From the IMG/VR virus record IMGVR_UViG_3300017764_000001: a stretch of DNA of 64,000 nucleotides. One strand, given 5' to 3'. Below are positions 30,320-39,091 of the stretch, piece by piece. A program made the translations under genes and the position numbers. The stretch is from a virus (lineage: Duplodnaviria; Caudoviricetes). Position 1 is the stretch's first letter. Each line of letters starts with the position of its first letter. The notes below the pieces were generated by a model. That model was given only the letters and a program-made list of their open reading frames with translations, made no database searches and was not told the origin of the DNA.

Positions 30320-30586
30320 ATGTTTGTGCTTACACTAAAAAATCAGGAGGATGATGGTGCATATGCCGTTCAAGATAGGTATGGACATAAAGTCTTATTC
30401 TTATTTCAAGAAGAAGACGATGCTGAAAGATATGCTATGATGTTAGAAGATCAGGAAGATCAGGAAATGGCAATTGTTGAAGTTGATGATGATCTTGCTA
30501 TAAAAACTTGTAAACTGCATGATTATAAGTATGCGGTTATTACACCAAATGATATTGTGATCCCACCTAAGTCTAAAAATGATTGA
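30320..30586 (+). CDS. Conserved hypothetical protein, 88 aa
   Basis: EGAYAV-like motif, LFLFQEEDDAERYAMML; lies between gp47 and gp46. Confidence 0.7.
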   Translation: MFVLTLKNQEDDGAYAVQDRYGHKVLFLFQEEDDAERYAMMLEDQEDQEMAIVEVDDDLAIKTCKLHDYKYAVITPNDIVIPPKSKND

Positions 30587-32288
30587 GTTTAAAAAAATTC
30601 GTTGGAAAAATTTTCTATCTACTGGGAATCAGTTTACAGAAATATCTTTAAATAGTAATAACACCAATCTAGTTATTGGTACAAATGGTGCCGGAAAATC
30701 TACTTTATTGGATGCATTAACATTTGGTCTTTTTAATAAACCTTTTCGTAAAATCAATAAACCTCAACTTGTAAATACGATTAATGAGAAAGATTGTCTC
30801 GTTGAAGTTGAATTTGTTGTTAATAGTAGAGAATATATTGTAAGAAGAGGAATTAAACCAAATATATTTGATATTGAGGTAAATGGTAAAGTCCTTCACA
30901 AAGAAGCAGATGATCGTGCCAATCAAAAAATTCTCGAAGAGAACGTTTTAAAATTAAACTATAAGTCATTCACTCAAATTGTTATTCTTGGCAGTAGCAC
31001 ATTTGTTCCTTTCATGCAGTTGACTACTGCTAATCGTAGAGAGGTCATTGAGGATCTTTTAGATATTCGTATTTTTTCTGCCATGAGTAATCTTTTGAAA
31101 GATAACATGAGAGAAAGAAAAGATCAAATAAAATCTTTGGAATTAAAAAAATCTAATCTTAAAGATAAGATTGATATGCAACAGAAATTTATTGAAGAAC
31201 TCGAAAATCGTGGAAATGCTAATATAAACAGTAATAAAGAAAAGGTTACAAAACTTGATAGAGAAGTTGTTGTCTATATGAGAGAGAATTCCTTTCTTGA
31301 AGAGGATATCTTTAAGTATACGAAGGAGCAAGAAGAGGTTACTGGTGCTGCTAAAAAATTATCAAAGCTAAACACACTTCGAGGAAAATTATCCCAAAAA
31401 GTAAGCACGATTACCAAAGAGCATAAGTTTTTTACAGAGAATACGGTTTGTCCTACTTGCCAACAGGATATTGAAGAAGAGTTTCGTGTAAATAGAATTA
31501 GTGATGCTCAAAACAAAGCAAAGGAACTCAAAAAGGGTTACGAAGAACTTGAACAAACAATTAAGTTTGAGCAAGAAAGAGAGCGTCAATTTATTGCACT
31601 TTCTCAGGAGATTACAAAACTAACACATGGTATTTCTAAAAACAATACTAAAATTGGTCTCAACCAAAGACAAATCAGAGATCTTGAACACGAAATTCAA
31701 ACTATTGCCAGCAACCTCCAGAATAGAAATACTGAACATGAAAAGTTAGAAGAGTTTAGAGAAAGTCTTCAAAGAGTATTTGAAAATTTATCAACTAGAA
31801 GAGAAGAATTGGTGCATTATGATTTTGCATATTCTCTCTTAAAGGATGATGGTGTCAAAACAAAGATTATTAAAAAGTATCTTCCGTTTATTAACCAACA
31901 GATAAACAGATATTTACAGATGATGGACTTCTACATCAACTTTAAACTTGATGGTGAATTCAATGAAACTGTGGAGTCACCAATACATGAAAAGTTTTCA
32001 TACTCTTCTTTTAGTGAGGGTGAAAAAATGAGAATTGATCTTGCACTTTTATTCACATGGAGAGAGGTTGCAAGAGTTAAAAATTCTGTTAATACAAATC
32101 TTTTAATCATGGATGAAGTATTTGATTCATCATTGGATGGATTTGGAACAGAAGAGTTTCTTAAGATTATTAGATTTGTAATCAAAGATGCTAATGTATT
32201 TGTGATTTCTCATAAAACTGGAATGGAAGATAAATTTGCAAATGTTGTAAAGTTTGATAAAATAAAAGGTTTCAGTAGAATGATCTAA
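30579..32288 (+). CDS. gp46: Recombination endonuclease subunit gp46 (Rad50/SbcC-like)
   Basis: G.NGAGKST, zinc hook CPTC, FSEGEKMRIDLA, LIMDEVFD. Confidence 0.96.
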   Translation: MIEFKKIRWKNFLSTGNQFTEISLNSNNTNLVIGTNGAGKSTLLDALTFGLFNKPFRKINKPQLVNTINEKDCLVEVEFVVNSREYIVRRGIKPNIFDIEVNGKVLHKEADDRANQKILEENVLKLNYKSFTQIVILGSSTFVPFMQLTTANRREVIEDLLDIRIFSAMSNLLKDNMRERKDQIKSLELKKSNLKDKIDMQQKFIEELENRGNANINSNKEKVTKLDREVVVYMRENSFLEEDIFKYTKEQEEVTGAAKKLSKLNTLRGKLSQKVSTITKEHKFFTENTVCPTCQQDIEEEFRVNRISDAQNKAKELKKGYEELEQTIKFEQERERQFIALSQEITKLTHGISKNNTKIGLNQRQIRDLEHEIQTIASNLQNRNTEHEKLEEFRESLQRVFENLSTRREELVHYDFAYSLLKDDGVKTKIIKKYLPFINQQINRYLQMMDFYINFKLDGEFNETVESPIHEKFSYSSFSEGEKMRIDLALLFTWREVARVKNSVNTNLLIMDEVFDSSLDGFGTEEFLKIIRFVIKDANVFVISHKTGMEDKFANVVKFDKIKGFSRMI

Positions 32289-32315
32289 ATAATTTTATAC
32301 ATCCATGGTTAGATT

Positions 32316-32510
32316 ATGAACTACAAACCATATAGTCCTGAATGGCACAGATATAGATATTTGAAGGAAGCAATCGACAAGTACCTTGACGATTACATTG
32401 AAAACGATATTATTATGAATGATATTCTCAACATTGTTTGTACTCGTCAAGAACGAGCACATGCCGAATATCATAGACTTGAAGATCTAGAACTTAAACT
32501 GCGGGAATAA
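32316..32510 (+). CDS. Hypothetical protein, 64 aa
   Basis: YKPYSPEWHRYRYLKEAIDKYLDD; follows TCTAAATA. Confidence 0.65.
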   Translation: MNYKPYSPEWHRYRYLKEAIDKYLDDYIENDIIMNDILNIVCTRQERAHAEYHRLEDLELKLRE

Positions 32511-32511
32511 T

Positions 32512-32826
32512 ATGCTATCTACTCAATACAGACTCCGATTGGAGTTCATCTGTAAGAAGATTGCTAACAAGGAAGAAGTCAAACTAGAAGACATGATTTG
32601 GGCAGAGAAACTTGCTAAATCTCATACAACTGCTAGAGACTGGTTAAACAAGGCAAGGCGTCAGGCAGCACATGACATTGAAGAGGGTACTATGGATGAT
32701 TTTATGAATAAGATGGGATTAGGAGATCCTGATCCTAACAATTATAGGACAGGTTTTGATTCTGCCGATGATGTGATAGACTGGTTCCATCAAGACAAAC
32801 CAGATGACTGGAGGCAACGTGACTGA
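32512..32826 (+). CDS. Conserved hypothetical protein, 104 aa
   Basis: MLSTQYRLRLEFICKKI..KPDDWRQRD. Confidence 0.75.
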   Translation: MLSTQYRLRLEFICKKIANKEEVKLEDMIWAEKLAKSHTTARDWLNKARRQAAHDIEEGTMDDFMNKMGLGDPDPNNYRTGFDSADDVIDWFHQDKPDDWRQRD

Positions 32827-32971
32827 CGACGATTTTAGAAAGTTTGCTGTTGGAATGCAACTAGATAATATTTGTAAGATATTGGGTGCTGAAGCAAAGC
32901 ATTATATTTGTTGTGATAGAACCACCCAACATGAAAAAATTGTAATCGAATATAACCACGAAAAGAAATGA
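32819..32971 (+). CDS. Small hypothetical protein, about 50 aa (GTG start); not in the ORF track
   Basis: Read by hand: MTDDDFRKFAVGMQLDNICKILGAEAKHYICCDRTTQHEKIVIEYNHEKK; overlaps both neighbours. Confidence 0.5.
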   Translation: MTDDDFRKFAVGMQLDNICKILGAEAKHYICCDRTTQHEKIVIEYNHEKK

Positions 32972-33204
32972 CACAGGCATGGATTTACAGTAATGGTAAT
33001 CAAGAATGCGAACGAGCTGCTATGCTTCTCGCAAGCATTTACAATGATTTTCATGAATATTTCTTAAATAAAGAATTTAACGAAAATCAATTCAGAGAAG
33101 AATTTGGATCTGAAGCAGAGTATCCTCAGATAGCAATCGGAGTTCATCATAGAGGATCTTTAAAAGAAACACTTCATTATCTACAAGACCGAGATCTAAT
33201 CTAA
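32968..33204 (+). CDS. Glutaredoxin-like protein with a single Cys, 78 aa
   Basis: IYS.GNQECERA, cis-Pro motif YPQIAIG..H.GSLKE (Grx-like TVPQI..IGG). Confidence 0.6.
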   Translation: MTQAWIYSNGNQECERAAMLLASIYNDFHEYFLNKEFNENQFREEFGSEAEYPQIAIGVHHRGSLKETLHYLQDRDLI

Positions 33205-33365
33205 TGAAAACACCAAATTGGCAACACAACTCTGGTAAAGATAAAAAAGGTAGAGGGACCTGTAAGGGTCGTCTACGATCTAGAAAAGAATCTCTCAGAC
33301 AGTTGAAAAACCGTCACATGACCTCCCCTAAACGGGAGGTTTCGTCGTATATTGGATTCATCTGA
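33204..33365 (+). CDS. Small basic hypothetical protein, 53 aa; not in the ORF track
   Basis: Read by hand: MKTPNWQHNSGKDKKGRGTCKGRLRSRKESLRQLKNRH...; ATG overlaps the upstream stop. Confidence 0.5.
   Translation: MKTPNWQHNSGKDKKGRGTCKGRLRSRKESLRQLKNRHMTSPKREVSSYIGFI
33308..33353 (+). promoter_or_regulatory. Putative early promoter: AAACCGTCAC motif, hairpin, then -10 TATATT
   Basis: Motif ends 30 nt before the -10; ACCTCCC/GGGAGGT hairpin in between; same spacing at 44441-44486. Confidence 0.5.
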
Positions 33366-33374
33366 AACGAACTG

Positions 33375-35480
33375 ATGGCAGTCTCCCACGAAATCAAGTC
33401 ACAACTTGCTAAACTTCTTGCTACCGAAGATTTGATCGTGGAGCACAAGAAAGTAGAGACTGCTTGTTTCAATGTTCATACACGAGTATTGACGCTTCCT
33501 ATGTGGGAGAAAGCAAGCAATGAAGTATATGATATGCTTGTCGGACATGAAGTCGGACATGCCCTTTATACTCCTGATGAGAATTGGATTAAAGATCGTA
33601 AGATTCCACCACAGTTTGTCAATATTGTCGAAGACGTTCGTATTGAAAAACTGATGAAACGTCGTTATGCCGGTATCAGCAAAACTTTTTATCGTGGATA
33701 TAAAGAACTTGCCGACGAAGATTTTTTCTGTCTCGAAAACGAAGACGTTTCTAAGATGAATCTTGCGGATCGTGTAAATCTTTATTTCAAGATTGGTAGT
33801 TTTTGTGATATTTCTTTTCAAGAATATGATGAGATGCCTATTGTTCGTATGATTGGTGAATGTGAAACCTTTGAAGATGTTCTTTTATCTGCCGAGGTTC
33901 TTTACAAGTTTTGTAAAAAGGAACAGCAAGAGAAACCAAAGGTAAATATTCCTCAAAATCAAAATGAGCAGGAGGGCGAAAGTGAAGATAGTTCTGATAA
34001 ACAATCCGAACAGCAGATGGGACACTCTGATCCAGAGGATCAATCAGAAAAAGATAGTTCTGAAAATTCTGAAGTAAGTAATTCTTATAGTGATGGTAGT
34101 AATGAAGTTGAAGGTGATGAAGAACCTGAAACTAAGACTATGGATAATTTTGAGGAATCTTTGAAAGAATTGATTGATGAGGTTGGTCAGGAGACTGCGT
34201 ATTATGAAATTCCTAAAGTAAATATTGATAATATTATTATCCCTAATGAGGAGATTCACAAGAATTGTGATGATACCTGGAGTCAAGTAGATTCTACAAT
34301 TTTTGAATGGATAGATGTAAAGTACAATGAATTCAAACGATCCGCACAGAAAGAGGTCAACTACCTCGTCAAAGAGTTCGAGTGCCGTAAGTCTGCAGAC
34401 TCTTACTCTCGTGCTACTACTAGTAGGACTGGAGTTCTTGATACAGGCAAACTACACACTTATCGATACAATGAAGACTTGTTTAAAAAAGTCTCGGTAA
34501 TTCCTGACGGTAAAAATCACGGACTTGTCTTTATCTTGGACTGGTCTGGATCTATGGCTGATATCATGCTTGATACTGTCAAACAACTTTTTAATCTTGT
34601 TTGGTTTTGTAAAAAAGTAAACATTCCTTTTGATGTTTATGCTTTTACAAATGAGTATCCAAATCAGAAACATATTGATGATCCGAGGTCATGTTCAGAA
34701 TATCGTCTTGGTGTATTTTCTATTGGTAGAATGTTTTCTCTGATGAATATTCTTACCAGTAAGACAAATTCTAGAGAACTTGAAAAACAAATGGAAACTA
34801 TTTTTCGTATTGTTTATTCTTTCAGAACTTATATTGAATATCCAATACCACTGGGTATGGGTTTGTCTGGTACTCCCCTGAATGAAAGTCTTATGTGTTT
34901 GCATGAAATCTTACCTAAGTTTAAAAGGGAAAACAAACTTCAAAAAGTTCAGTGTGTTATTTTGACTGATGGTGAGGGAGCACCTCTAAAAGTTTACAAG
35001 GAAGTTCATCGTCCTTGGGAGGAGGATAGTACAATCTGTGAATTGTGGCCGTCTCAAAATTCTTTTCTTCGTGATCGTAAGACAGGAAATACTTACAAGT
35101 TGGATAGCACATATGATCACTATGCCAACTTTACAACTGTTTTACTCAACAATCTTCGTCATCGATTGACTGATGTAAACTTTATTGGTATTCGTATTCT
35201 TCCTCCTAGGGAAATTGGATCTTTTATCGGATACTCTAAGAATTTTTCTGAGAAAGAAGAACTTATCAAAACTTGGAGAAAAGAAAAATCAATTTCTTTG
35301 ACTGATACTGGTTATCACAAATACTTCGGTATTTCTGCCACGGCAGTTTCTAACAACTCTAGTTTTTCTGTAGATGATTCTGCCACTAAATCACAGATCA
35401 AGAATGCATTTGCAAAAAGTTTGAAGTCTAAAAAAATGAACAAGAAGATTCTTGGAGAGTTTGTAGAACTCATTGCATGA
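33375..35480 (+). CDS. CobT-like protein: N-terminal HExxH metallopeptidase-like domain, acidic linker, C-terminal VWA domain; 701 aa
   Basis: HEVGH motif, E/S/D-rich linker, MIDAS LDWSGSM, LSGTPLNE, LTDGEG. Confidence 0.85.
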   Translation: MAVSHEIKSQLAKLLATEDLIVEHKKVETACFNVHTRVLTLPMWEKASNEVYDMLVGHEVGHALYTPDENWIKDRKIPPQFVNIVEDVRIEKLMKRRYAGISKTFYRGYKELADEDFFCLENEDVSKMNLADRVNLYFKIGSFCDISFQEYDEMPIVRMIGECETFEDVLLSAEVLYKFCKKEQQEKPKVNIPQNQNEQEGESEDSSDKQSEQQMGHSDPEDQSEKDSSENSEVSNSYSDGSNEVEGDEEPETKTMDNFEESLKELIDEVGQETAYYEIPKVNIDNIIIPNEEIHKNCDDTWSQVDSTIFEWIDVKYNEFKRSAQKEVNYLVKEFECRKSADSYSRATTSRTGVLDTGKLHTYRYNEDLFKKVSVIPDGKNHGLVFILDWSGSMADIMLDTVKQLFNLVWFCKKVNIPFDVYAFTNEYPNQKHIDDPRSCSEYRLGVFSIGRMFSLMNILTSKTNSRELEKQMETIFRIVYSFRTYIEYPIPLGMGLSGTPLNESLMCLHEILPKFKRENKLQKVQCVILTDGEGAPLKVYKEVHRPWEEDSTICELWPSQNSFLRDRKTGNTYKLDSTYDHYANFTTVLLNNLRHRLTDVNFIGIRILPPREIGSFIGYSKNFSEKEELIKTWRKEKSISLTDTGYHKYFGISATAVSNNSSFSVDDSATKSQIKNAFAKSLKSKKMNKKILGEFVELIA

Positions 35481-35510
35481 TAAATATTTTTATAGTAATA
35501 GGTAAAAAAA

Positions 35511-35753
35511 ATGTCTAGATTTGGAGATTTACTAGGTGGACAAAAACCAGCACCTGCTCCCGCACCAGAACCTGTTGTAGAGGAAGTTCTTGTTACTCCA
35601 GAAGAGGAAGTTCTCACTGAAGCTAGTCCTTTGGAAGAAATGAGTAAAGGTGAACTTGAAGAGTATGGTAGAGAGTTGGGAGTAGAACTTGACAAAAGAC
35701 ATAGTAAAAAGAGATTGATTAGTGAAATTGAAGAGGTATTGGACAATTCTTGA
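35511..35753 (+). CDS. Small acidic protein with a P/E-rich N-terminus and a HeH/Rho-N-like helical C-terminus, 80 aa
   Basis: LEEMSKGELEEYGRELGVELDKRHSKKRLISEI; preceded by GATAAATA. Confidence 0.65.
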   Translation: MSRFGDLLGGQKPAPAPAPEPVVEEVLVTPEEEVLTEASPLEEMSKGELEEYGRELGVELDKRHSKKRLISEIEEVLDNS

Positions 35754-35825
35754 AGTGTCCACCTAACACACAATCAATTCAAATTTGCTCTATAATAACT
35801 TCAGTTGAAACAAACACCCTACATC

Positions 35826-36917
35826 ATGCCTCTGTCTTCTGATTATGTTCGTACCTCCCTTCAAGGACTTTACGGAGATTCAATTACAAGTGGTGATATT
35901 CGTGCCTGGTGTGCCATGAACGGTGGCAATTATCAAACTGTTACTAAAAAACTTGATCAGTATAAGATTGGTCGTGGTAAGTGGAATCTTGAAGTCACAC
36001 AAGAAAAGGTAGACCAAATCGAAAAAACTTATCAGGCACCTGCTGCTCTCCCTGCTATTGAACAGAACCTTATCCCTCTGAAAGATGATACCTTCGTCAA
36101 GTTTGGCAATTTCGGTGATCTTAAAAAAATTATTCAGTCCCGTCTATTCTATCCGACGTTCATTACGGGCCTCTCTGGTAACGGCAAAACGTTTTCGGTT
36201 GAGCAAGCATGTGCTCAATTGGGTAGGGAACTTATCCGTGTAAACATTACTATTGAAACTGATGAAGATGATCTTATTGGCGGTTTCCGCCTCGTTGATG
36301 GTGCAACCGTCTGGCACAATGGACCAGTCATTGAAGCACTCCAACGAGGAGCTATCTTGCTCCTTGACGAGATCGACCTTGCCTCTAATAAAATTCTCTG
36401 TCTCCAAAGCATCCTTGAAGGAAATGGAGTCTTCCTTAAAAAAATTGGGAAGTTTATCCGCCCCAGTGCAGGTTTCAACGTCATCGCAACCGCAAACACT
36501 AAAGGTAAAGGTTCAGATGATGGACGATTCATTGGAACTAACGTGCTCAACGAAGCCTTCCTTGAACGATTCCCTGTAACCTTTGAACAATCTTATCCTG
36601 CTCCTGCGAGTGAAGCAAAGATTCTTTCTAAGATTTCTAATGGTCTTGGTATCGATGATGACAACTTTATTTCTCGTCTAGTTGATTGGGCAGATATCAT
36701 TCGCAAAACTTTCTATGATGGGGGTATTGATGAGATTATCAGCACTCGTCGTCTGACTCATATTATTCGTGCCTACAGCATTTTTGGTGACAAAGCAAAA
36801 GCAATTCAAAGTTGTATCAATCGTTTTGATGATGAAACTAAACAATCTTTTATGGAACTGTATGATAAAGTAGATGCTGACTTCCAACTTCCCGTTGACG
36901 AGCAGGAGGTTGCCTGA
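35826..36917 (+). CDS. cobS: CobS/MoxR-like AAA+ ATPase
   Basis: GLSGNGKT Walker A, LLDEID Walker B, ATANTKG, EAFLERF. The cobS name follows cyanophage annotation convention and does not imply cobalamin synthesis. Confidence 0.88.
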   Translation: MPLSSDYVRTSLQGLYGDSITSGDIRAWCAMNGGNYQTVTKKLDQYKIGRGKWNLEVTQEKVDQIEKTYQAPAALPAIEQNLIPLKDDTFVKFGNFGDLKKIIQSRLFYPTFITGLSGNGKTFSVEQACAQLGRELIRVNITIETDEDDLIGGFRLVDGATVWHNGPVIEALQRGAILLLDEIDLASNKILCLQSILEGNGVFLKKIGKFIRPSAGFNVIATANTKGKGSDDGRFIGTNVLNEAFLERFPVTFEQSYPAPASEAKILSKISNGLGIDDDNFISRLVDWADIIRKTFYDGGIDEIISTRRLTHIIRAYSIFGDKAKAIQSCINRFDDETKQSFMELYDKVDADFQLPVDEQEVA

Positions 36918-36923
36918 TATAAT
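36895..36923 (+). promoter_or_regulatory. sigma70-type promoter TTGACG-17-TATAAT
   Basis: TTGACG 36895-900, 17-nt spacer, TATAAT 36918-23. Confidence 0.7.
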
Positions 36924-37410
36924 GGTTAATGCATGGAGTCTACTTTATGATGAACTATACATGATTGAACACTCTGAACACTATTACGAATATGATCGTG
37001 ATGATCCGAATAAAAAAAGTCCTTTTGAAGAGATTCACTCTGCCACAAAATCAGACTGGGAAGATTTTTGGAGTGACATTCACGAAAAACACGAATTTAC
37101 TTTAACTATGAATCAAGATCCTAATAGATACAAATATAGTGAGGATGAGATCCTCAAGGAACTTCGAGATTATATTTCTGGAACATACAATGCTCACTAT
37201 TCATCTGGTGATGATAAAATCCAGACACTTGATCTGATTGAAGCATGTGGTGATGGTGAATCCTTCTGTCGCAGTAACATCCTGAAGTATGCCTCTCGTT
37301 ATGATAAGAAAGGTACTGCTCGTCGTGACATTATGAAGATCTTGCATTATGCTGTTCTTCTGATGCATTTCAACGATAAGAATGCAAAACGTGAAACTTA
37401 CCCCCAATGA
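36922..37410 (+). CDS. DUF3310-like protein (T7 gp1.7 nucleotide-kinase-like); start uncertain
   Basis: HY..G..IQTLDLIE..GFC.SNILKYASRYDKKG..RRDIMKILHYA matches the DUF3310 pattern. Confidence 0.7.
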   Translation: MVNAWSLLYDELYMIEHSEHYYEYDRDDPNKKSPFEEIHSATKSDWEDFWSDIHEKHEFTLTMNQDPNRYKYSEDEILKELRDYISGTYNAHYSSGDDKIQTLDLIEACGDGESFCRSNILKYASRYDKKGTARRDIMKILHYAVLLMHFNDKNAKRETYPQ

Positions 37411-38093
37411 AACTTCGTCAAAAAACAATGAAACTGTCTGAAAAAACTTTGAATATCCTCAAGAACTTTTCTTCTATCAATCAATCTATTCTTGTAAAAC
37501 AGGGTAATCAACTTCGCACTATTTCTGTTGCTAAGAACATTCTTGCCGAGGCAGAAATCAAAGAAGATTTTCCTCGTGACTTTGCAATCTATGATTTAAA
37601 TCAGTTCTTGAATGGTCTGAGTCTCCACCAAGATCCTGAAATGGATTTCTCTCCAGACTCTTATGTTAATATTCGTGAGGGTAAACGCCGGGTCAAATAT
37701 TTTTATGCTGATCCAAATGTTATTATCTCTCCTCCCGAGAAAGCAATTCAACTTCCATCACAGGATGTTTGTTTTCAATTGGATAGTGTGACACTTGAAA
37801 AGTTGTTGAAAGCAGCAGCAGTATATCAACTTCCCGATCTTTGTGCTGTTGGAGAAGCAGGTGTAATTAAATTAGTTGTTCGTGATAAGAAAAACGATAC
37901 TTCTATTGAGTATGCCGAAGTTGTTGGTGAAACTGATAAGCAGTTTACATTTAATTTCAAGATTGAAAACATCAAAATTATTCCTGGTGCTTATGATGTC
38001 GTTGTTTCATCTAAACTACTGTCCAAATTCACTAATTCAAATCATGATTTGAAGTATTATATTGCTCTAGAACCAGACTCTACATTTGGATGA
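37407..38093 (+). CDS. gp45: Sliding clamp gp45
   Basis: MKLSEKTLNILKNFSSINQSI..FAIYDLNQFL..YYIALE. Confidence 0.95.
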   Translation: MKLRQKTMKLSEKTLNILKNFSSINQSILVKQGNQLRTISVAKNILAEAEIKEDFPRDFAIYDLNQFLNGLSLHQDPEMDFSPDSYVNIREGKRRVKYFYADPNVIISPPEKAIQLPSQDVCFQLDSVTLEKLLKAAAVYQLPDLCAVGEAGVIKLVVRDKKNDTSIEYAEVVGETDKQFTFNFKIENIKIIPGAYDVVVSSKLLSKFTNSNHDLKYYIALEPDSTFG

Positions 38094-38425
38094 GACACAT
38101 TCTTTTTACATTGAAGGGATGTCCATTTGGATTCTTGGATGATGAGGCACATATTCGTAATGTTCTTGCGAATGCCGCTCAATTATCTGAAAGTACTTTA
38201 TTGGATATTTCTTCTCACAAGTTTGATCCTTATGGAGTAACTGCCGTAGCACTTCTTGCCGAAAGTCACATTAGTATTCATACCTGGCCAGAAAATGAAA
38301 TGGCAGTCTGTGATGTGTTTACCTGTGGGGAGCATACAAATCCCAGATCTGGTGCCACTTACATGTATGAAGCAATGGGTGCCACAGATTTAGTATCTGA
38401 AATTTTTAATCGACCTTTAGTATGA
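38090..38425 (+). CDS. speD: S-adenosylmethionine decarboxylase proenzyme (class 1b)
   Basis: HKFDPYGVTAVALLAESHISIHTWPE..CDVFTCG with the E-S-H self-cleavage (pyruvoyl) site. Confidence 0.92.
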   Translation: MRHILFTLKGCPFGFLDDEAHIRNVLANAAQLSESTLLDISSHKFDPYGVTAVALLAESHISIHTWPENEMAVCDVFTCGEHTNPRSGATYMYEAMGATDLVSEIFNRPLV

Positions 38426-38565
38426 AGATGTGGGAGACAAGGTGCGTTGGATGTGGTATCATGATACCAGCAAACCAATGTCCTCAAGTTGGATGCTATG
38501 TCCCATCCGAGAAAAGATACAAAAATTCGTTATGCAAATCTTGCTGGATTAAATCAAAAAAATGA
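38422..38565 (+). CDS. Small Cys-rich (Zn-finger-like) protein, 47 aa; not in the ORF track
   Basis: Read by hand: MKMWETRCVGCGIMIPANQCPQVGCYVPSEKRYKNSLCKSCWIKSKK; overlaps both neighbours. Confidence 0.6.
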   Translation: MKMWETRCVGCGIMIPANQCPQVGCYVPSEKRYKNSLCKSCWIKSKK

Positions 38566-39089
38566 ATATTTTTGCCACAGAGCAATGTCCAAAAAATTCT
38601 GCAATGGTATTACCCGACAAACATATTGTCAAAATGCCTTTAGAATCTTGTCAAATGCTCTCAATCATTTTTTCAAAATGGTACTATGATTGGGGCACTC
38701 TTCCAAAAGCAGATGGAACTCCATATGCCACAAAAAAAGGTGCTTTCCGTAATCATCCATCAACTAAATGGGCTGCAGAAAATCTTTACAACACTGCCTG
38801 GTTGATTCAACATGGTTGTGAATTAGCAAGTGAATATTATCATCGATATGGTAAAATTCATACATGTACTAATACTTTGTTTGAGGCTAAAAAATTATTT
38901 CATCGTAAGACGGAATTAGCAATTGTTTGTCATTCTATGGCAAAAAATTTTTCTCGTGCCATGCCTGATGAATGGAAATTTGATGATAGAATAGATACGT
39001 TCACCGCATACAAACGGTATATTGCATCTAAACCATGGGTGAAGGATAATTATCTTCGCAAACCTGAACGTAAACCTGATTGGATTTGA
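38562..39089 (+). CDS. Pyrimidine-dimer glycosylase / endonuclease V (DenV)-like protein
   Basis: MNIF....P..SA..LPDKHIVKMPLESCQMLS..HPSTKWA..N..WL..HG..L..EY..RYGK.H. Confidence 0.72.
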   Translation: MNIFATEQCPKNSAMVLPDKHIVKMPLESCQMLSIIFSKWYYDWGTLPKADGTPYATKKGAFRNHPSTKWAAENLYNTAWLIQHGCELASEYYHRYGKIHTCTNTLFEAKKLFHRKTELAIVCHSMAKNFSRAMPDEWKFDDRIDTFTAYKRYIASKPWVKDNYLRKPERKPDWI

Positions 39090-39091
39090 TT

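Noticed and set aside
33308-33328. AACCGT..TGACC as a target of the U2 guide pair
   Set aside because: Only a partial match with wrong spacing; likely chance.
35826-36917. Cobalamin biosynthesis function for cobS
   Set aside because: No cobN or other cob genes are present; the motifs fit a MoxR-type chaperone.
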